This document shows, one piece after another, positions 29,056 through 41,994 of a DNA stretch of 64,000 bases. Positions within the stretch are counted from its first letter, which is position 1. The number at the start of each line of letters is the position of its first letter. The translations under genes and the position numbers were made by a program. The notes under the pieces were generated by a model. The model saw only the letters and a list, made by a program, of their open reading frames with translations. It made no database searches and was not told the DNA's origin. Where the stretch lies: NCBI RefSeq assembly GCF_009914755.1, contig NC_060926.1. One strand, given 5' to 3'. Origin of the DNA: the human T2T-CHM13v2.0 reference genome, Homo sapiens.

Positions 29056-29288
29056 TGGGTGTGGTGGCTCATGTTTGTGATGCCCAAATTTTAGGAGGCA
29101 GAGGCAGGAGGATTGCTTGAACTTAGGAGTTCGAGACTGCTTTCGGAAACACAGTGATACCTCGTCTATTAAAAAGAAAGCAAACTAGCCGAGCATGGTG
29201 GTGTGCACCTGTAGTTTCAGCTGCTCGGGAGGCTGAGGCAGGGGGATCCCTGGAGCCCAGGAGGTTGAGGCCGCTGTGAGCCATGGTC
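29056..29288 (+). mobile_element. 3'-truncated Alu (AluJ-like)
   Basis: TGGGTGTGGTGGCTCATG...GGAGGCAGAGGCAGGAGGATTGCTTGA...GAGGTTGAGGCCGCTGTGAGCCATGGTCAC. Confidence 0.85.
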
Positions 29289-31939
29289 ACTTTCCTCCCC
29301 ATCTCCCCTGTCCGGCATCCACACAGCTCCTTCTCTGTTGTCCCAGGCCAACCCCAGCCCTGGTGCTATGCCCTCCTCTCACTGCGCCCTTGTTTCCCCG
29401 AGCTCTGCCTCCTATGGTGGCAGAGTGGGAGGGGGAGGGTGGGAAGCATGGCTCACAGTTGGCTCCATCACAGTGGCCCTGTATTTGTCCAGTTTCACAG
29501 CCATTTGCTGGAGGAACGCAGGTCCAGCACTGGCTACCCTGTCACGGCAGGGGTGACCTCTTACCAGCCTAGCAGCCCAGAGGCGCCCCAGGCGGGGAGG
29601 TGGCAGGTGGACACCGGGTCCCGCGTGTTGTGGCAGTGAAGCCTGCAGCCCACCAGAGCTCCAACAGCAGAGAAACAGGCTGTGAGTGTAAGCGTGGAAT
29701 TGCTGTGAGCCATGGCGCCAGCAGCATGTGCTGCAGAGACAGCTAATCAATTAGCCCCTCCGTGCTGGGTGCTGTGTGTGCACCATTAAAGAGCTCACGG
29801 GGAGAGAAATGCAGACTCCTCTGGGGGCCCCAGGGTGGATTGCACTACTCAGCATGTTCTATCGAGTGCCTTTCCCTGCAGTGCGTGCTTTCTGAGGCTG
29901 TAATTTTGAGTGTGTCTTTCAAGGCTGCAGCCCTTAAGCAGTACAGCCTGGGTGTTCAGCTGGATAATCCTGTAAGTGAAGTTTGAGTGGTTTAACTGCC
30001 TACAGCAGGTGGGAGCTCGGGTGGTGGGGAGCATCTGGGGTTTCGAGGAGTCTGAGCCTCTGTGCAGGGCTGCAGGCTGTGGACGGGTTACGCGGGTGCT
30101 GGTCTTTAACGAGAGGACCTTCAGAGAGATGCAACAAAACCCCATGTGAGGCAGAAATGAAGCCTCCGAGTTGTATTGGAAGAGCTGCTGTCCGTGCAGC
30201 CACCACCCCCCTAAATACTCTGTGAGGGTCCTGGCTCTAGTCCATCTGTCTATCATCTTGGGAGCAGCCCATGCCAGCCACGTTGTCCTCCAGGCTTCTC
30301 TGCACAGACCTGGCTGCTGCGGGGTGCAGGGCATGTTGTTTGCACGTGTGCACTCCACCTCTCTTTCACATGCGCGTTCTCTGTAACACTCAGGACAACC
30401 CCGTGAACTAGAAGTCAGGTCCCTTGTTGAACTGGAGTTGGCCTGAGAAAGATCTTGGAGGATTAAGGCAGAGCTTTGCTCTGGGTCTGCCTCCAGGAAG
30501 GTGCCTGAGTCTCCACAGGGGCTGTGCCACAGAAGCCCCCCACAGCTTTTGGAACCCCAGAGCCCTTCACTGCACATTCGCCCTGTAGCCTCAGTCTCCA
30601 GGGACCTGGGAAAGCCCCAGCGTCAGCTTTTATGTTCTTCTGCATCACCGTGTCCTCTGCCTCGCTATGAATGAGTTTGTCAGGCCTCCTCCTTGGGGAG
30701 TGCGGTGGGGGCAGGTGGCAGACCTCGGGGCCAACAGAGAGTCATTAAGTAATCTCATAGTGAACGTGGCCTGGAGTCTTGTTTTTCAGATGGAAAAGGG
30801 AAAATTGGGCAAAGTTTGTAGGAGAAAAATACCAAGTTTTGTGGTGGTTGTGTTGATGGAGGGGGTTGAGCTGAATCTGAGAAGCAAGTACATTTGAGGC
30901 TTGGCTGCCACACTCACGGACACTGCAGAGAATGAGGAAAAATGGCTGGTTGTGTTTTCTTTCCACTGCACAAAAGAATAATTGCTTTTGTTTACAGATT
31001 TTCTGAAATGTCCTTCCAATTCCTTTGCCCCTGAATTATGAGCTGTGCCAGCTTGCGTGCAACAAATGGGTCTTATTGAGCACAAATACATGGGTGCAGA
31101 GCGTCTTTCGAAGAGGAGGCATCAGGGAGCCTCCTCCGGTCTCCACAGCCCCTGACAGGAGGCTGCTTCTCGGGATCCAGACCTGCCTGGGCTGCTTCAG
31201 TGGCCTCCCTGCCCTTCCCGGTGCGGCAGATCTGTGCCCACAGCAACGCATCCCCCGCACCTGCACCACCGCTCTTCCTGAGGCCCAGTGTTGATCTCTT
31301 TGTGGCCCCAGTGAGGACATTTTTGAGGCTTCATGATCTCTGTAGGATGCTGTCCAGGCCCATGCACACAGCAGGTGCATCCGTGAGGCACACCTCATAT
31401 CTTAGCACTGCTGTGCTGTGATGCAAGTCCTCAGGGAGCTCGGCTCCACACTGTCACTCAGGGATCCAGCAGCCCCTTCCACCTGTGGCGCTGCCGTCCT
31501 CTGGTTTGGCGTCCTCTCCGTTCAGTACACGGCCGGGGAGGAAAGTGAGGAGGCTGTTGCGAGGGTCTTATGAGCCAGGGCCAGGAGTGGACCGCATCAC
31601 CCCTGCCAAGTTTCTTGGCTAGAACTAGCTGTTTGGCCAAGGCAAACCCCTGAAGTGAAGGATGCAGGCAGGGCCCACCTCTCTCTCTCTCTCTCTCTCT
31701 GCCATTTGCCCCTCACCCCCACCCACCAGACCACCCGCGCCCCCCAAGGAGGCTGCCTCAATGCCCTTCAGTAACCCACTTCTGTTGTGCAAATTCCTCT
31801 CCAACATTTCCTCTTCAGAGCGACTGCCCGAGAAAACTGGATAATCGCGCCTTTCCCTGTGTTTCTGTGGTTCTTTTATAATCCTGGTTTTAAAATCTAA
31901 AATAGTGCATGCTGGTATTTGCTTTTTAGGGTTGTAGAA

Positions 31940-32066
31940 GAAGGTTAACAAGGTACCACAAACCGGATGGCTCAAAACAGCGGATACTGTCTCACGGTTC
32001 TGGAGACCTGAAGTCTGAAACAAAGTGGTGATGGGGTCGGTTCCCTCCGGAGGCTCTGAGGGGGAT
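31940..32066 (-). mobile_element. MLT1 (MaLR) LTR, part 1
   Basis: TAACAAGGTACCACAAACCGGATGGCTCAAAACAG...CTCACGGTTCTGGAGACCTGAAGTCTGAA...GGAGGCTCTGAGGGGGA resembles the reverse MLT1 consensus. Confidence 0.7.
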
Positions 32067-33570
32067 GCAGTGGCTCTGAGGGGGATGTGGGGGCTCTGAG
32101 GGGGTGGCGGGGCCTCTGAGGGGCATGTCGGGGGGCTCTGAGGGGCATGTGGGGGGCTCTGAGGGGGAGGCGGGGGCTCTGACGGGCAGGCGAGGGGGCT
32201 CTGAGGGGGATGTGGGGAGGCTCTGAGGGGGAGGCGAGGGCTCTGACGGGGAGGGCGGGGTTCTGAGGGGGAGGCGAGGGGGCTCTGAGGGGGACGCGTG
32301 GGGAGCTCCGAGGGGGAGGCGGGGGGCTCCGAGGGGGATGTGTGGGGGCTCCGAGGGGGATATGTGGGGGCTCCGAGGGGGATGTGTGGGGGCTCCGAGG
32401 GGGATGTAGGGAAGCTCTGAGGGGGATGTAGGGGAGCTCTGAGGGGGAGGCGGGGGTCTCTGAGGGGGAGGCAAGGGGGCTCTGACGGGGATGTAGGGGG
32501 GCTCTGAGGGGGAGGTGGCGGCTCTGAGGAGGAGGCGGGGGCCTCTGAGGGGGAGGCGGGGGCCTCTGAGGGGGGAGGCGGGGGGCCTCTGAGGGGGGAG
32601 GCGGAGGGCCTCGGAGGGGGAGGCGGGGGCCTCTGAGGGGGAGGCGGGGGGCCTCTGAGGGGGGAGGCGGGGGGCCTCTGAGGGGGAGGCGGGGGGGCTC
32701 TGAGGGGGAGGCGGGGGGCTCTGAGGGGGAGGCGGGGGCCTCTGAGGGGGAGGCGGGGGGGCTCTGAGGGGGGAGGCGGGGGGCTCTGAGGGGGAGGCGG
32801 GGGCCTCTGAGGGGGAGGCGGGGGCCTCTGAGGGGGAGGCGGGGGGCTCTGAGGGGGGAGGCGGGGGGCCTCTGAGGGGGGAGGCGGAGGGCCTCGGAGG
32901 GGGAGGCGGGGGGGCTCTGAGGGGGGAGGCGGGGGGCCTCTGAGGGGGGAGGCGGGGGTCTCTGAGGGGGAGGCGGGGGGCCTCTGAGGGGGGAGGCGGG
33001 GGCCTCTGAGGGGGAGGCGGGGGCCTCTGAGGGGGGAGGCGGGGGGCCTCTGAGGGGGGAGGCGGGGGCCTCTGAGGGGGGAGGCGGGGGCCTCTGAGGG
33101 GGAGGCGGGGGCCTCTGAGGGGGAGGCGGGGGGCCTCTGAGGGGGGAGGCGGGGGGCCTCTGAGGGGGGAGGCGGGGGGGCCCTGAGGGGGGAGGCGGGG
33201 GGCCTCTGAGGGGGGAGGCGGGGGGGCCCTGAGGGGGGAGGCGGGGGGGGCCTCTGAGGGGGGAGGCGGGGGGCCTCTGAGGGGGGAGGCGGGGGCCTCT
33301 GAGGGGGAGGCGGGGGGTCTCTGAGGGGGGAGGCGGGGGGCCTCTGAGGGGGGAGGCGGGGGGCCTCTGAGGGGGGAGGCGGGGGCCTCTGAGGGGGAGG
33401 CGGGGGGCCTCTGAGGGGGGAGGCGGGGGTCTCTGAGGGGGGAGGCGGGGGCCTCTGAGGGGGGAGGCGGGGGGTCTCTGAGGGGGGAGGCGGGGGGTCT
33501 CTGAGGGGGGAGGCGGGGGCCTCTGAGGGGGGGGCTCTGAGGGGAGACTGGGGGTGGCTCTGAGGGGGAT
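32052..33570. repeat. G-rich 21-24 bp VNTR (CTCTGAGGGGGGAGGCGGGGGGC)
   Basis: About 65 tandem units; degenerate to about 32520, homogeneous afterwards. Confidence 0.96.
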
Positions 33571-33850
33571 GCGTTTCCTGCCTCTCTCCGCCATGCTGGG
33601 GCTCGCTGCATCTTCGTGCTCCTCTGCTTGTGGATGCGTCACTCTGGCTCCGTTCTTCTTCACGCGGCATCCGTCTCCCTGCGTTCTCTGCTTTATAACG
33701 GCACCTGTCATTGGATGCAGGGACCGCTCTAATCCACCATGATTCTATCTGGAGAACCTAAACTTAATTACATCAGTAAAGACCCTTTCTCCATGAGGTC
33801 CCACTCGCAGGTTCTCGGGGGACATGTCTTTTGGGGCCACCATTCCCCCA
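33560..33850 (-). mobile_element. MLT1 (MaLR) LTR, part 2
   Basis: TTATAACGGCACCTGTCATTGGATGCAGGGACCGCTCTAATCCACCATGA...AACTTAATTACATCAGTAAAGACCCTTTCTCCA continues the MLT1 consensus. Confidence 0.7.
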
Positions 33851-34029
33851 GCTCCGATGCTCCTTTAAGCTCATTAAGCTTCATAGAGGGGATTCAGGTG
33901 GGGGTGCCCTCGGTCTCACTCAGTGGGTGTCAGGGGGCGTATCGCCTGCAGGCCGGCCCTTCTGCCCTCTCAGAGGCAGCCACAGCTCAGGTCAGGCTGG
34001 AGGGTGGGGTGGACTTCCTCCCTCCCTCC

Positions 34030-34368
34030 CCCTCACTGCCCCCCCCGCCGCCTGCTTCCTCCCATCCTCCCTCTCACTGGCACCCCCCACCTGCTTCCTC
34101 CCATTCTCCCTCTTGCTGCCCCCCCACCTGCTTCCTCCCATTCTCCCTCTTGCTGCCCCCCCACCTGCTTCCTCCCGTCCTCCCTCTCACTGGCACCCCC
34201 CACCTGCTTCCTCCCATTCTCCCTCCTGCTGCCCCCCCACCTGCTTCCTCCCGTCCTCCCTCTCACTGGCTCCCCCTCCCCTGCCAACCTGCTTCCTCCC
34301 TCCCTTCCCTTCACTACCCCTCACTCCCTGCCTCTTTCCTCCCATCCTCCCTCTCACTGGCCCCACCA
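34030..34368. repeat. C-rich 37-bp minisatellite (CACCTGCTTCCTCCCATTCTCCCTCTTGCTGCCCCCC)
   Basis: About 8 degenerate tandem copies. Confidence 0.9.
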
Positions 34369-34599
34369 CGTGTAACTGTCTGTCAGGCTGGGAGGCAAGA
34401 AGCAGCAGGTGCCTTCCGTTTGGCCTTGTACATTTGTTGTCATGAGCTGGGTCTGCTCCCCTGGGCTCAGACCCTTGATTTTCAGGGCTCTTGGTGAGTG
34501 GGGGGTGGGCACCTGGGACAGCTGCCCGGGGATGGCTGCATGGGACCTCTCGGGGGGCATCAGCTGCTGTCTAGCTGGGGCTCCGTTACTTCTATTCTT

Positions 34600-35200
34600 C
34601 AGGTTTGGTGCCTTTTTATGCCATTGCATATGGAATTGTTTAACAATTTCATTTTTAAATTGTTCATAGAAATATAGGAAGATAATTGAATTTTGTACTT
34701 GATCAGATATCCTGCAACCTGACTAGATTCACTGAATCATTTTCAGTAGTTTGTTTTGTAGATTACATAGGGTTTTCTCAACACATAATCATGCTTGCAA
34801 ATAATGGCTTTCTTCCTCTCTTTTTCCTCTCCCTCCCCCATCTTTCTTTCTGATTTTTATGCCCTCTGTTTCCTTTTCTTGCCTTATTGCATTGGCTGGG
34901 ACCCCCAGTACAGTATGGAACAGAAGTGTCAAAAGTGGCCCTAAGTATGGGTCACTTTTAGTTTAGTTTTAGTTGTTAGTTTTCTATAAATGTATTTAAT
35001 CAGGTTGTGGAAGGTCCCCATTATTTCTGGTTTGCTAAGAATTTTGTCATAAGTACCTACTGAATCTTTTTTTCCTGCTACTGTAGTCTTGGGGTTTTCT
35101 TTGTGGGAAGGTTTTTATGTACAACTTTAATTTCTTTAATAGGGATAGGGTTATTTGCAGCTTCCCCCTTATTTCCAGTATTTCAAGAACAGGCAATTTT
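34600..35200 (-). mobile_element. Old LINE-1 ORF2-region fragments
   Basis: TATCCTGCAACCTG..., TTTTCTTGCCTTATTGCATTGGCTGGGACCCCCAGTACAGTATGGAACAGAAGTG, TTTCTGGTTTGCTAAGAATTTT are typical L1 antisense stretches. Confidence 0.65.
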
Positions 35201-35660
35201 AATGTTACATTGTGACAATCAAGACAAACCCTGGTTTCTAATAGAGATATGGCAGATTTCTGGTTGGGGACAGCCAACGTGCACAAGGGTCCCAGAACGT
35301 TTCATTGTGCCTGAAAGTGAGGGGGCTCTCCAGGACAAATGGGGCCTGTCGAGAAGACAAGGAGCCAGTTTGAAAGAGGTGGCATTGGTGAAATCTGGGA
35401 CAACCTGAGCATCCAAAAGAATGAGGCCCATAGTTAACTAGGATACATCTAATCCATTTACATCCATGAATCCACAATGACACTCTAAGAAAAGAGAAAG
35501 CCTGAAAAACTCAGGCAGATCTTAAACCAACTCTTTATTTTGAATATTGGCAGCCAGAGGGAAAAATCAAACATTATCTTGTTTTGTGCTAGAAAGAGGA
35601 TGCCAGTATAACCAAATGGCACTAGGTATGAGGAAAGACCTCCTTTAAAAAGGAATGTTG

Positions 35661-36052
<392 letters not shown>

Positions 36053-36361
36053 CTAGGACAAGGTTAGCCCATGAGTGTTTAGACCAGTGAGGTGAGCAGC
36101 TGCTGGGGACAGGACCCTTGTCTGGTATCGATGGCAGGGAAGGCTGTGAGCCTCCCCTCGTGTGGGCATCAGCCTCAGCCTCCCAGTGGGGGTCACCCAG
36201 GGAGCATATCTCCTGGTGAGAAGTACAGGAGCTTCACATTCCCTGGATACGTCCCAGCCGAAATGTTCACCGTGAATCCGGCAACCTGTGGAGCTGATTT
36301 CCATTTCTAAGGAATGAGGGGGGATGGGGAAGAACCCCCCAGGACAGCACCAACAGTCCCT

Positions 36362-36605
36362 GCGGGGACCTTTCCCGGACACCCGGCCTTCTCGGCGGTG
36401 AGGCAGGTGGCGGCACCGACAGGCCCGGGGGGGACCTTTCCCGGACACCCAGCCTCCTCGGTGGCGAGGCAGGTGGCGGCACCGACAGGCCCGGCGGGGA
36501 CCTTTCCCGGACACCTGGCCTCCTTGGCAAGGCAGGTGGCGGCACCAACAGGCCCGGGGGGGACCTTTCCCGGACACCTGGCCTCCTCGGCGAGGCAGGT
36601 GGCAG
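36362..36605. repeat. 63-66 bp CpG-rich tandem repeat, 4 copies
   Basis: GGGGACCTTTCCCGGACACC...GGCAGGTGGCGGCACCGACAGGCCC; GACC anchors at 36367, 36433, 36499 and 36562. Confidence 0.93.
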
Positions 36606-38680
36606 AACTGGTTCCACGTCTGATCTTCCTTAGACAAACCTGCCTTCAGAGGAAATTGTGTTCAACTGGAGAAACTGGAAAATGTACTAGATATTGGCTG
36701 ATATGAAGGATATATGTTTTAAGTATGATAATTCGATTTTGGCTCTGTAGGGAAAGGCTCTTATTTTAAAAAGATGTGCACTAGAGAAAAAGGAAACAGC
36801 ATGTAGCAAATACATCCACGGATGTCCTCCTGGTTTAATTGGTTCTGTGGCCTCGGTTTCTGTCTTCCTGATGGCACCTCTGTGACAGGAGCTCAGACCC
36901 CGGCATCAGACCGGCCTCCGCAGGGAGGAGCTGCGGTGCCCAGGCCAGGCCAGGAAGCACCATGGCCCACTGCCTGGGCCTCACCTCACGAACGCCAAGC
37001 ACTGTGGCGGGCACAGGCGGAGCCTGGCGGCTTCACGCCCACACCGGCAGCTCCTCCCTCAGCCCCTCGCCCGCCGCTCCCAAGTCCGGCAGTTCTGGAG
37101 CACGGGAAGCTCTCTGGGGGTTGCTGGGCAGCAGGACCTGGTCTGAGATGACTGAGTCTGCCCAGGTCTTCATGCGCCTAACTGAGCGTGAGCGTGTCTG
37201 AGTCTTACCGCAGAAACATTAAAATGCTTGGTGACAGGTGTTAGGAGACTTCTGGGATCTGCACTGTACCACTTCTCTAAAACTGGGAATATTCCGAGTC
37301 TCAGAGCTTGTCTGGATGAGGAATCCTGGGGCCCGATTCTAGACCTGAGGCACCAGCAGCAAAGGATGTGGCCCAGCCCTGGAGCCCCAAGCAGCTCGGC
37401 CGGGAGTGCACCCTCCTACCTTCCCAACCCAGTCGCAGTCAGTTATGAAAAAGGAACAGTGCATGATTCCAAAGTTATATTTAAATGCCAACTGCGTTGA
37501 ATTTGGCAACATTTGACAGGAGTTATGGAAAGCCTTTCAAAGATTTAGCAGGACAAAAACAAACTAGCAAGCGAGCATTATTGTGTGCTTTAAAAGTAAA
37601 CAGGCTTGAGCAATGGTGTCTGTTTTAGAAAACTGACGAGCCTCCCAGGTGGATCATGGGAGTGCCTGCAATTACTGGTTATTCAACCAAGGTCCCCTCC
37701 GGTCTGTGCCTCATACAAACAATGGGTATTCTGCTGAAATTCAGCTCCTGGAGCAAAGATTTCAGAAATGCCCTCTGTACACCAGGTGAATTGCAAAGGG
37801 GCCAGGTGTGAGGAGGGACTCCGGGCTCAGAGCCCTGGGGGCTGGCGTCCCTCTCCTCTCCTGGAAAGCCGGCCCAGCCATCCCTCTTCCCCTTGCCCCT
37901 CTCCTACCCTCCCTGGTCTCCTTCTCTCCCTGTCTCTCTTCTGCACTGGGCGCCTTCCAGCCTTGGGAGCTGGGCCCAGCTTTGCCTGAGGATTAACGAC
38001 AAAACAGGGTGAAGATGTGGCTGGCAGACTGCCCGCTGCCCCTGTGGCCGGGACCTCTGCTGTCAATGGGAAGGTGACTGCATCGTTGGAGAGTAATTGG
38101 GTCATGAGGCAAGCAGGAGGGGGTGGCTGTTCTGGAAGGTTCTGCAGGGCCAAACTGTGATGAAGATTGCAGCATGAATATGCTCTTCCATCCCCCAAAA
38201 GTCCAGTCTGACACCTCAGTTTATTACGGTGTTGACAGTAATAGTGTTCTGAGGATATCATCAGATAAAATCACTCCTCCGCAGCCTGGGGCTTTGCAAA
38301 GATTAGCGAGTGGTTTCTGTTCATGAACTATCTTCAGGGCTGTTAATCACCTCCCTCCCTCCCTACAAATCCCTGAGTCACTAGCGGTGAGGGTGGGGCC
38401 CAGTGCTGACCTGTGACCCCAGCCCTGGACATCTCCATGGCCAGTGTTGCGAGGGCCCTGGCTGCGCTTCTGCCCACTGACTGGCAGACCAGGCATCCAG
38501 GCACCCGGGCTTTGTGTCAGGTTCCGATCCTTCTTTCTGCACGTGCTGTCTGTGCAGTAGTTCATGGTCAGCCCCAGAAATGCACACTTGAGATGGCGTG
38601 GGCCTGCGTGGAGTCTGCACGTGGCACAGCAGGGACCTGGCTACGCGATCCTCTCGTTAGTGCTTTGTTGGGTTACCCAT

Positions 38681-38758
38681 GACCTGCAAAGCTGGGGCTA
38701 ATTTCTTTGTCTTTGACAAGACCCGCAAAGCTGGGGCTAATTTCTTTGTCTTTGACAA
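38681..38758. repeat. 39-bp tandem duplication
   Basis: GACC[T/C]GCAAAGCTGGGGCTAATTTCTTTGTCTTTGACAA twice. Confidence 0.9.
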
Positions 38759-39514
38759 CTTGACCAGAGGGTCCAAACAAAACAGAACCGAACCGCATCA
38801 ACATCTACGACTGGGGAGATGATGTGAGATTCCACAGCAGCCCCAGCCAGCCGAGGCCCCAGTGCTTCTGTGTTCCTGAGGGCTGATCCCTGCGGCTATA
38901 AAAGAGCACACGCGAGGTGTGGGGTGCGGGTACAGGTGTCAGAACCGGCCTCGGCTACAGCCGAGAGCACCCTCCTCTGTCCAGGAGACCACCCCAGGTT
39001 CTTGACCGTCTGGCCTCTGGGCAGTGTGGCGGCCCCTCTCCCTCCCTCTGACCTGTCCAGCGTAGTTGCAGCTTGCAGTGGGGCTCCCAGGGCTCATGCT
39101 GAGCATCAGGAGGTGAATCTCGGCTCCAACAGCCCTCGTGGCCTTGGGAGATGCTGCCCTTTCTAAACCTGAACTTTTTCAAGTGTAAAAATGAGGATAT
39201 TTAATTTTCTGAGATGTTTCAGGTACTAAATATGAAATAATTAAAGGAATTTTGGAAAAGGACAAAGCTTTATGCAGTATAAGGAATGTCCTGAAGTTGA
39301 AACTTATGTACATATTTTGATCAAAGGTGAAATAAAATTGCATTTAAATCTGCAAATTGGAGGTGGTCAGGCAGCTGAAGAGTCCCTGAGATGCAGCAGT
39401 TTCTTTACATGGCTTGTCGCAAGTTGGTAACATTGTGGCAAGTGTTTACTATGTAGAAACCTTAAAGACAGGAAGAAAATTTAGCACGAAACATTCAATC
39501 CAATTGACTTAGGT

Positions 39515-39520
39515 TTTATT
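39515..39520 (-). terminator. FAM240C: FAM240C polyadenylation signal
   Basis: TTTATT on plus (AATAAA on minus), about 200 nt after the stop. Confidence 0.75.
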
Positions 39521-39723
39521 GGGCACCAGAGATGCGCTAGAGAACCCTGGGACTCTGCTGCAGCGTGGACCCCGAGGTGGGATTATTACGGGGTCAGCGA
39601 GGTGCGGGCCATTTCCATGATGAAGATCCTGTGAACTCTGGCGTGGATGCTTGGACCCCACGCGTGGTGTTCCTTCTCCATGACCCTCCGGAAGCTCATG
39701 CAGAGTCTGGAGCTCGTGGGCCC

Positions 39724-39882
<159 letters not shown>

Positions 39883-41994
39883 TCAAGCTCTCGGAACTTA
39901 GTGACGGCCAAGCCCGTGTCTCTCAGCACCTGGGCACCTGTGAGAGCAGGAGTATGACACTCCCTGCCAGGGGTGGGGGTGTCACCGCATCCCTGCCCAG
40001 CCAGCAGCTGTGACCTTGCTGGGTCTCCCAGGGCCCTGGGATCTCGTGGCCGGCCTTGGCTCAGGCTGCTGACCAGTGGTTGGTGGGGGGGGGGGGGGCG
40101 TCTCACTCAGGACCCTCCTCACAGGAGAGGAAAAATGCCTTCCCCGGGAAGCAGCCTGGGTCCCCAGTTCTGGAAGCTTCTGAGCCCCGGAGAGACTGTG
40201 CCTGAGCTTGAGCTCTTGCAGCCTCTGTCTCTGCTCTGCTCACGGAGAGGCAGGTGCCCTCGCAGGACAGGGCGGCCTCTGTGGCTGCCTAGGGCCCGCC
40301 TGCCTCCCTGCACCCTGCCCGGCTGCCTGTGGGTGCCCACTTCCTTCTCGCTTGCCTGCCCGCCTCACCTGCCCGGCCTGGCCACAGTGGACGGTGCTAT
40401 GTTGTGATCTCAGCACCACGCATGGGCGGACCTGGCGGCAGGAATGGCCTGGTCAGAGTGGTCCAGGCTCCCCGAGACCTGGGCAGATCCCCACCTGCCC
40501 GCAGCTGCCGCTTCCTTCAGCCTCAAGTGCTTTTGGCTTTAGAAGTTGGAGAGTGGGGTGGGTGCCCGGCTCCAGCCAAGGGTGAGCTGTGTCCATGAGG
40601 ACACTTGTCACAGATGCCCAGGACCCAGATGACGATGGTGCTGCTGAGTGGCAGGCAGTGTACCCCGGACGGCTGGGCCCCACGGTGATGGTCCCCGAGC
40701 AACAGCTATGTTCACCCTTGCCAGGCCATGGCTGCTGACTGGTGGGGCCCAGGGCAGCTCCATGCATGAGAGGGTCAGCTGGGCAGGATGTCAGCAGCTG
40801 CCACGGTCCCACAGACTTGGCGCCTCCGGGCCTGGAGTCCTCGGCCCTCACAGCCGGCCGCCCATCCCAGAGAGGCTGCCAGGACAGCCAGCCCCATGGT
40901 GGTGGAAGCAGCGGCCCCTGTCCCTTTACAGGGGACCGTGGGGTCCCGAGCCAGGGGCTGCGAATGGCCGGTCTCCCACATGGGCCAGCTCCTCTCTCAC
41001 GGCGGCTTCCTGGGGTGGGCCTGGCCCTTGGGCTCACACCAGCACACGGGACCCTCTCAGCTCTCTGGGCTTCATGCGGGGAGGAAAGTTAGGCTACTCT
41101 CTAACGGGAACCCTAAGAGTGACCTCCTTAAAAGCAGTGGTTGGCCTCGTGGCCTGGGGAGAACCGGGCTGTGTGGGTGGATGGAGGGGGGTTGTGCAAA
41201 TGGAGGCTCTGCCAGCCCCTGAGAGAACGCTGGTGCCTGCCTTGGACACCAACCTCCACCTCAGGGGCCAGAGAAGGCAGCGTGGACACACAGTCCCGGG
41301 GCCTGAGCCCACTCCTGGGATCTGCACCCAGGCAATGGCCAGAGGACACCAGGGCACATGGCACATGCAGGCACACGCAGAGGCACGCGGAGGCACGTAG
41401 GCACACACAGGCACACGTCCAGGAAGCACAGGGCGGGGATGAGGCAGGGCCCGTGGGGCAAGCACTCGGTGGTGGGGGGGGGGCCTCTCCTTCACCATCG
41501 TCTGCCGAGTGCCTGCGTGGTGCTGGGCTCTGTGCTGGGTCCATGTCCGTAGTTGGGTAGCTGGTGAGTGGGGAGGGGCACCCCCAGGCTCTGTGGGACC
41601 GCCTCGGGCTGCTGAAGGGGTACCACGGCTCTCTTGCTCGGGGCCTGAGCACCGAGGGCTGCCTGGAGCCTCTGGAAGCTCCTGCTGTGTGCCGGCCAGT
41701 GTCTTGCAGCAAATGAGCTCTGCTCCCCACCCAGCTGTCCCTGAGCAGTGGCTACACCCTGGGTCGGCTCAGGGTCACCCACTCAGCACCCATAGACCCC
41801 TGGCCTTGGCCCTAGGAGAGAAAGGCGTGCTGGCTTGGTATCTGCCTTCCTGAGCAAGTCTGCTAGGAGGAGGAAGGGCACAAGTACAGATACGTCACTC
41901 ACGGGCAGTGACCTCAGAAAAACAAGCCAGAGAAAGACATTTCCTCCTGGAAAAGTTCCTGTGATCCTGGACGGAGTGTCAGGGAGATGGCGGG

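Noticed and set aside
31625-33711. Proline-rich ORFs of 539-681 aa
   Set aside because: Open in all three minus frames only because the C-rich VNTR strand lacks stops.
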